From assembly GCF_003367075.2 (NCBI RefSeq), contig NZ_CP065936.1, positions 1,650,001 through 1,682,000 on the forward strand: a stretch of DNA of 32,000 nucleotides, in the 5' to 3' direction. Positions 31,171 through 32,000 of the stretch are shown piece after piece. Below the pieces are notes generated by a model that had not been told where the DNA came from, ran no database searches, and worked only from the letters and a program-made list of their open reading frames with translations. The stretch is from Cylindrospermopsis raciborskii Cr2010 (lineage in GTDB: Bacteria; Cyanobacteriota; Cyanobacteriia; Cyanobacteriales; Nostocaceae). Numbering within the stretch: position 1 is the first letter of the stretch; every line of letters starts with the position of its first letter. Both the position numbers and the translations under genes were made by a program.

Positions 31171-31944
31171 ATGGAAGTTATCCCAGCAATAGATCTATTA
31201 GAGGGGCGTTGTGTAAGACTCTATAAGGGTGACTATGCACAATCCCAGGTTTACAGCCATAACCCTGTAGAAACCGCTAAAATGTGGGCAGACCAGGGAG
31301 CAACAAGACTACATTTGGTAGATCTAGATGGAGCAAAAGCTGGTAGAGTAGTTAATCTATCTGCTATAGAGGCTATTACCAATGCTGTTTCCATACCTAT
31401 TGAGGTTGGCGGAGGAATACGCGACAGATCCAGCGTTATACAGTTATTTAGTCTTGGGGTACAGTGGGCAATTCTGGGGACTGTAGCAGTAGAGCAACCA
31501 GATTTGGTTCAAGGACTGTGTGAACAATTCCCCCACCAAATTATGGTTGGCATTGATGCGCGGAATGGTCTAGTTGCTATCAGGGGTTGGTTAGAAACTT
31601 CTCAAATTTTGGCCCCCCAACTAGCAACCCAAATGCAGGAATTGGGTGCCGCAGCTATTATTTATACTGATATAAACCGTGATGGTACACTTCAGGGACC
31701 AAACTTGGAAGCATTAAGAGGGTTGACATCTGCCATTTCCATACCCGTGATTGCATCTGGGGGTGTGGGTTCTGTTACTGACCTATTAACCTTATTATCT
31801 TTAGAACATCAGGGGGTTACAGGAGTAATTGTCGGTAAAGCCCTATATACTGGAGATATTAGTTTACCAGAAGCATTGCGGGCTATAGGTCCTGGAAGAA
31901 TTCAGGATATTCCACCCACTTTGGATTTCTCTAGTTTTGCCTGA
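31171..31944 (+). CDS. hisA: HisA: phosphoribosylformimino-5-aminoimidazole carboxamide ribotide isomerase
   Basis: [56 protein letters not shown] and VIASGGVGS. Confidence 0.97.
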   Translation: MEVIPAIDLLEGRCVRLYKGDYAQSQVYSHNPVETAKMWADQGATRLHLVDLDGAKAGRVVNLSAIEAITNAVSIPIEVGGGIRDRSSVIQLFSLGVQWAILGTVAVEQPDLVQGLCEQFPHQIMVGIDARNGLVAIRGWLETSQILAPQLATQMQELGAAAIIYTDINRDGTLQGPNLEALRGLTSAISIPVIASGGVGSVTDLLTLLSLEHQGVTGVIVGKALYTGDISLPEALRAIGPGRIQDIPPTLDFSSFA

Positions 31945-32000
31945 ACTAAGTAGGGAGACACAATTATTTGTAGGATGAGTTTAATACGAAACCCATGGGG

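Overview
This 32 kb window looks like a cyanobacterial chromosome: it carries psbU, btpA, a PucC/BCD-family transporter, a VKOR-thioredoxin fusion, DUF3120, DUF2358, DUF3593 and DUF2499 genes, and repeated HIP1 (GCGATCGC) octamers. Most of it is core metabolism (thiC, nadB, hisA, rimO, bioY, lspA, uppP, csaB, FHA-PBP1). The accessory signal centres on two apparently identical 756-bp IS1-family elements in opposite orientation. Copy 1 (12805..13560) has the 8-bp target duplication AGAATTTT. Copy 2 (18859..19614) has TATGTTCC. Copy 1 landed exactly between the last sense codon and the stop codon of a DUF3120 membrane-protein gene, adding an IS-encoded 18-aa tail. Copy 2 split a probable Type II restriction endonuclease gene. 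Removing the IS and one duplication restores an uninterrupted 218-aa reading frame next to an intact N6-adenine-type DNA methyltransferase, so this appears to be a restriction-dead, methylase-intact cassette. The left edge holds an unannotated reading frame (about 3..164) that resembles the C-terminus of a TnpB protein, ending only 43 bp before the likely true thiC start. The 672-bp rimO/btpA gap is hairpin-rich and contains a degenerate duplicated GC-rich module. A tRNA-Ser(GCT) lies at 31041..31131. No CRISPR array was seen.
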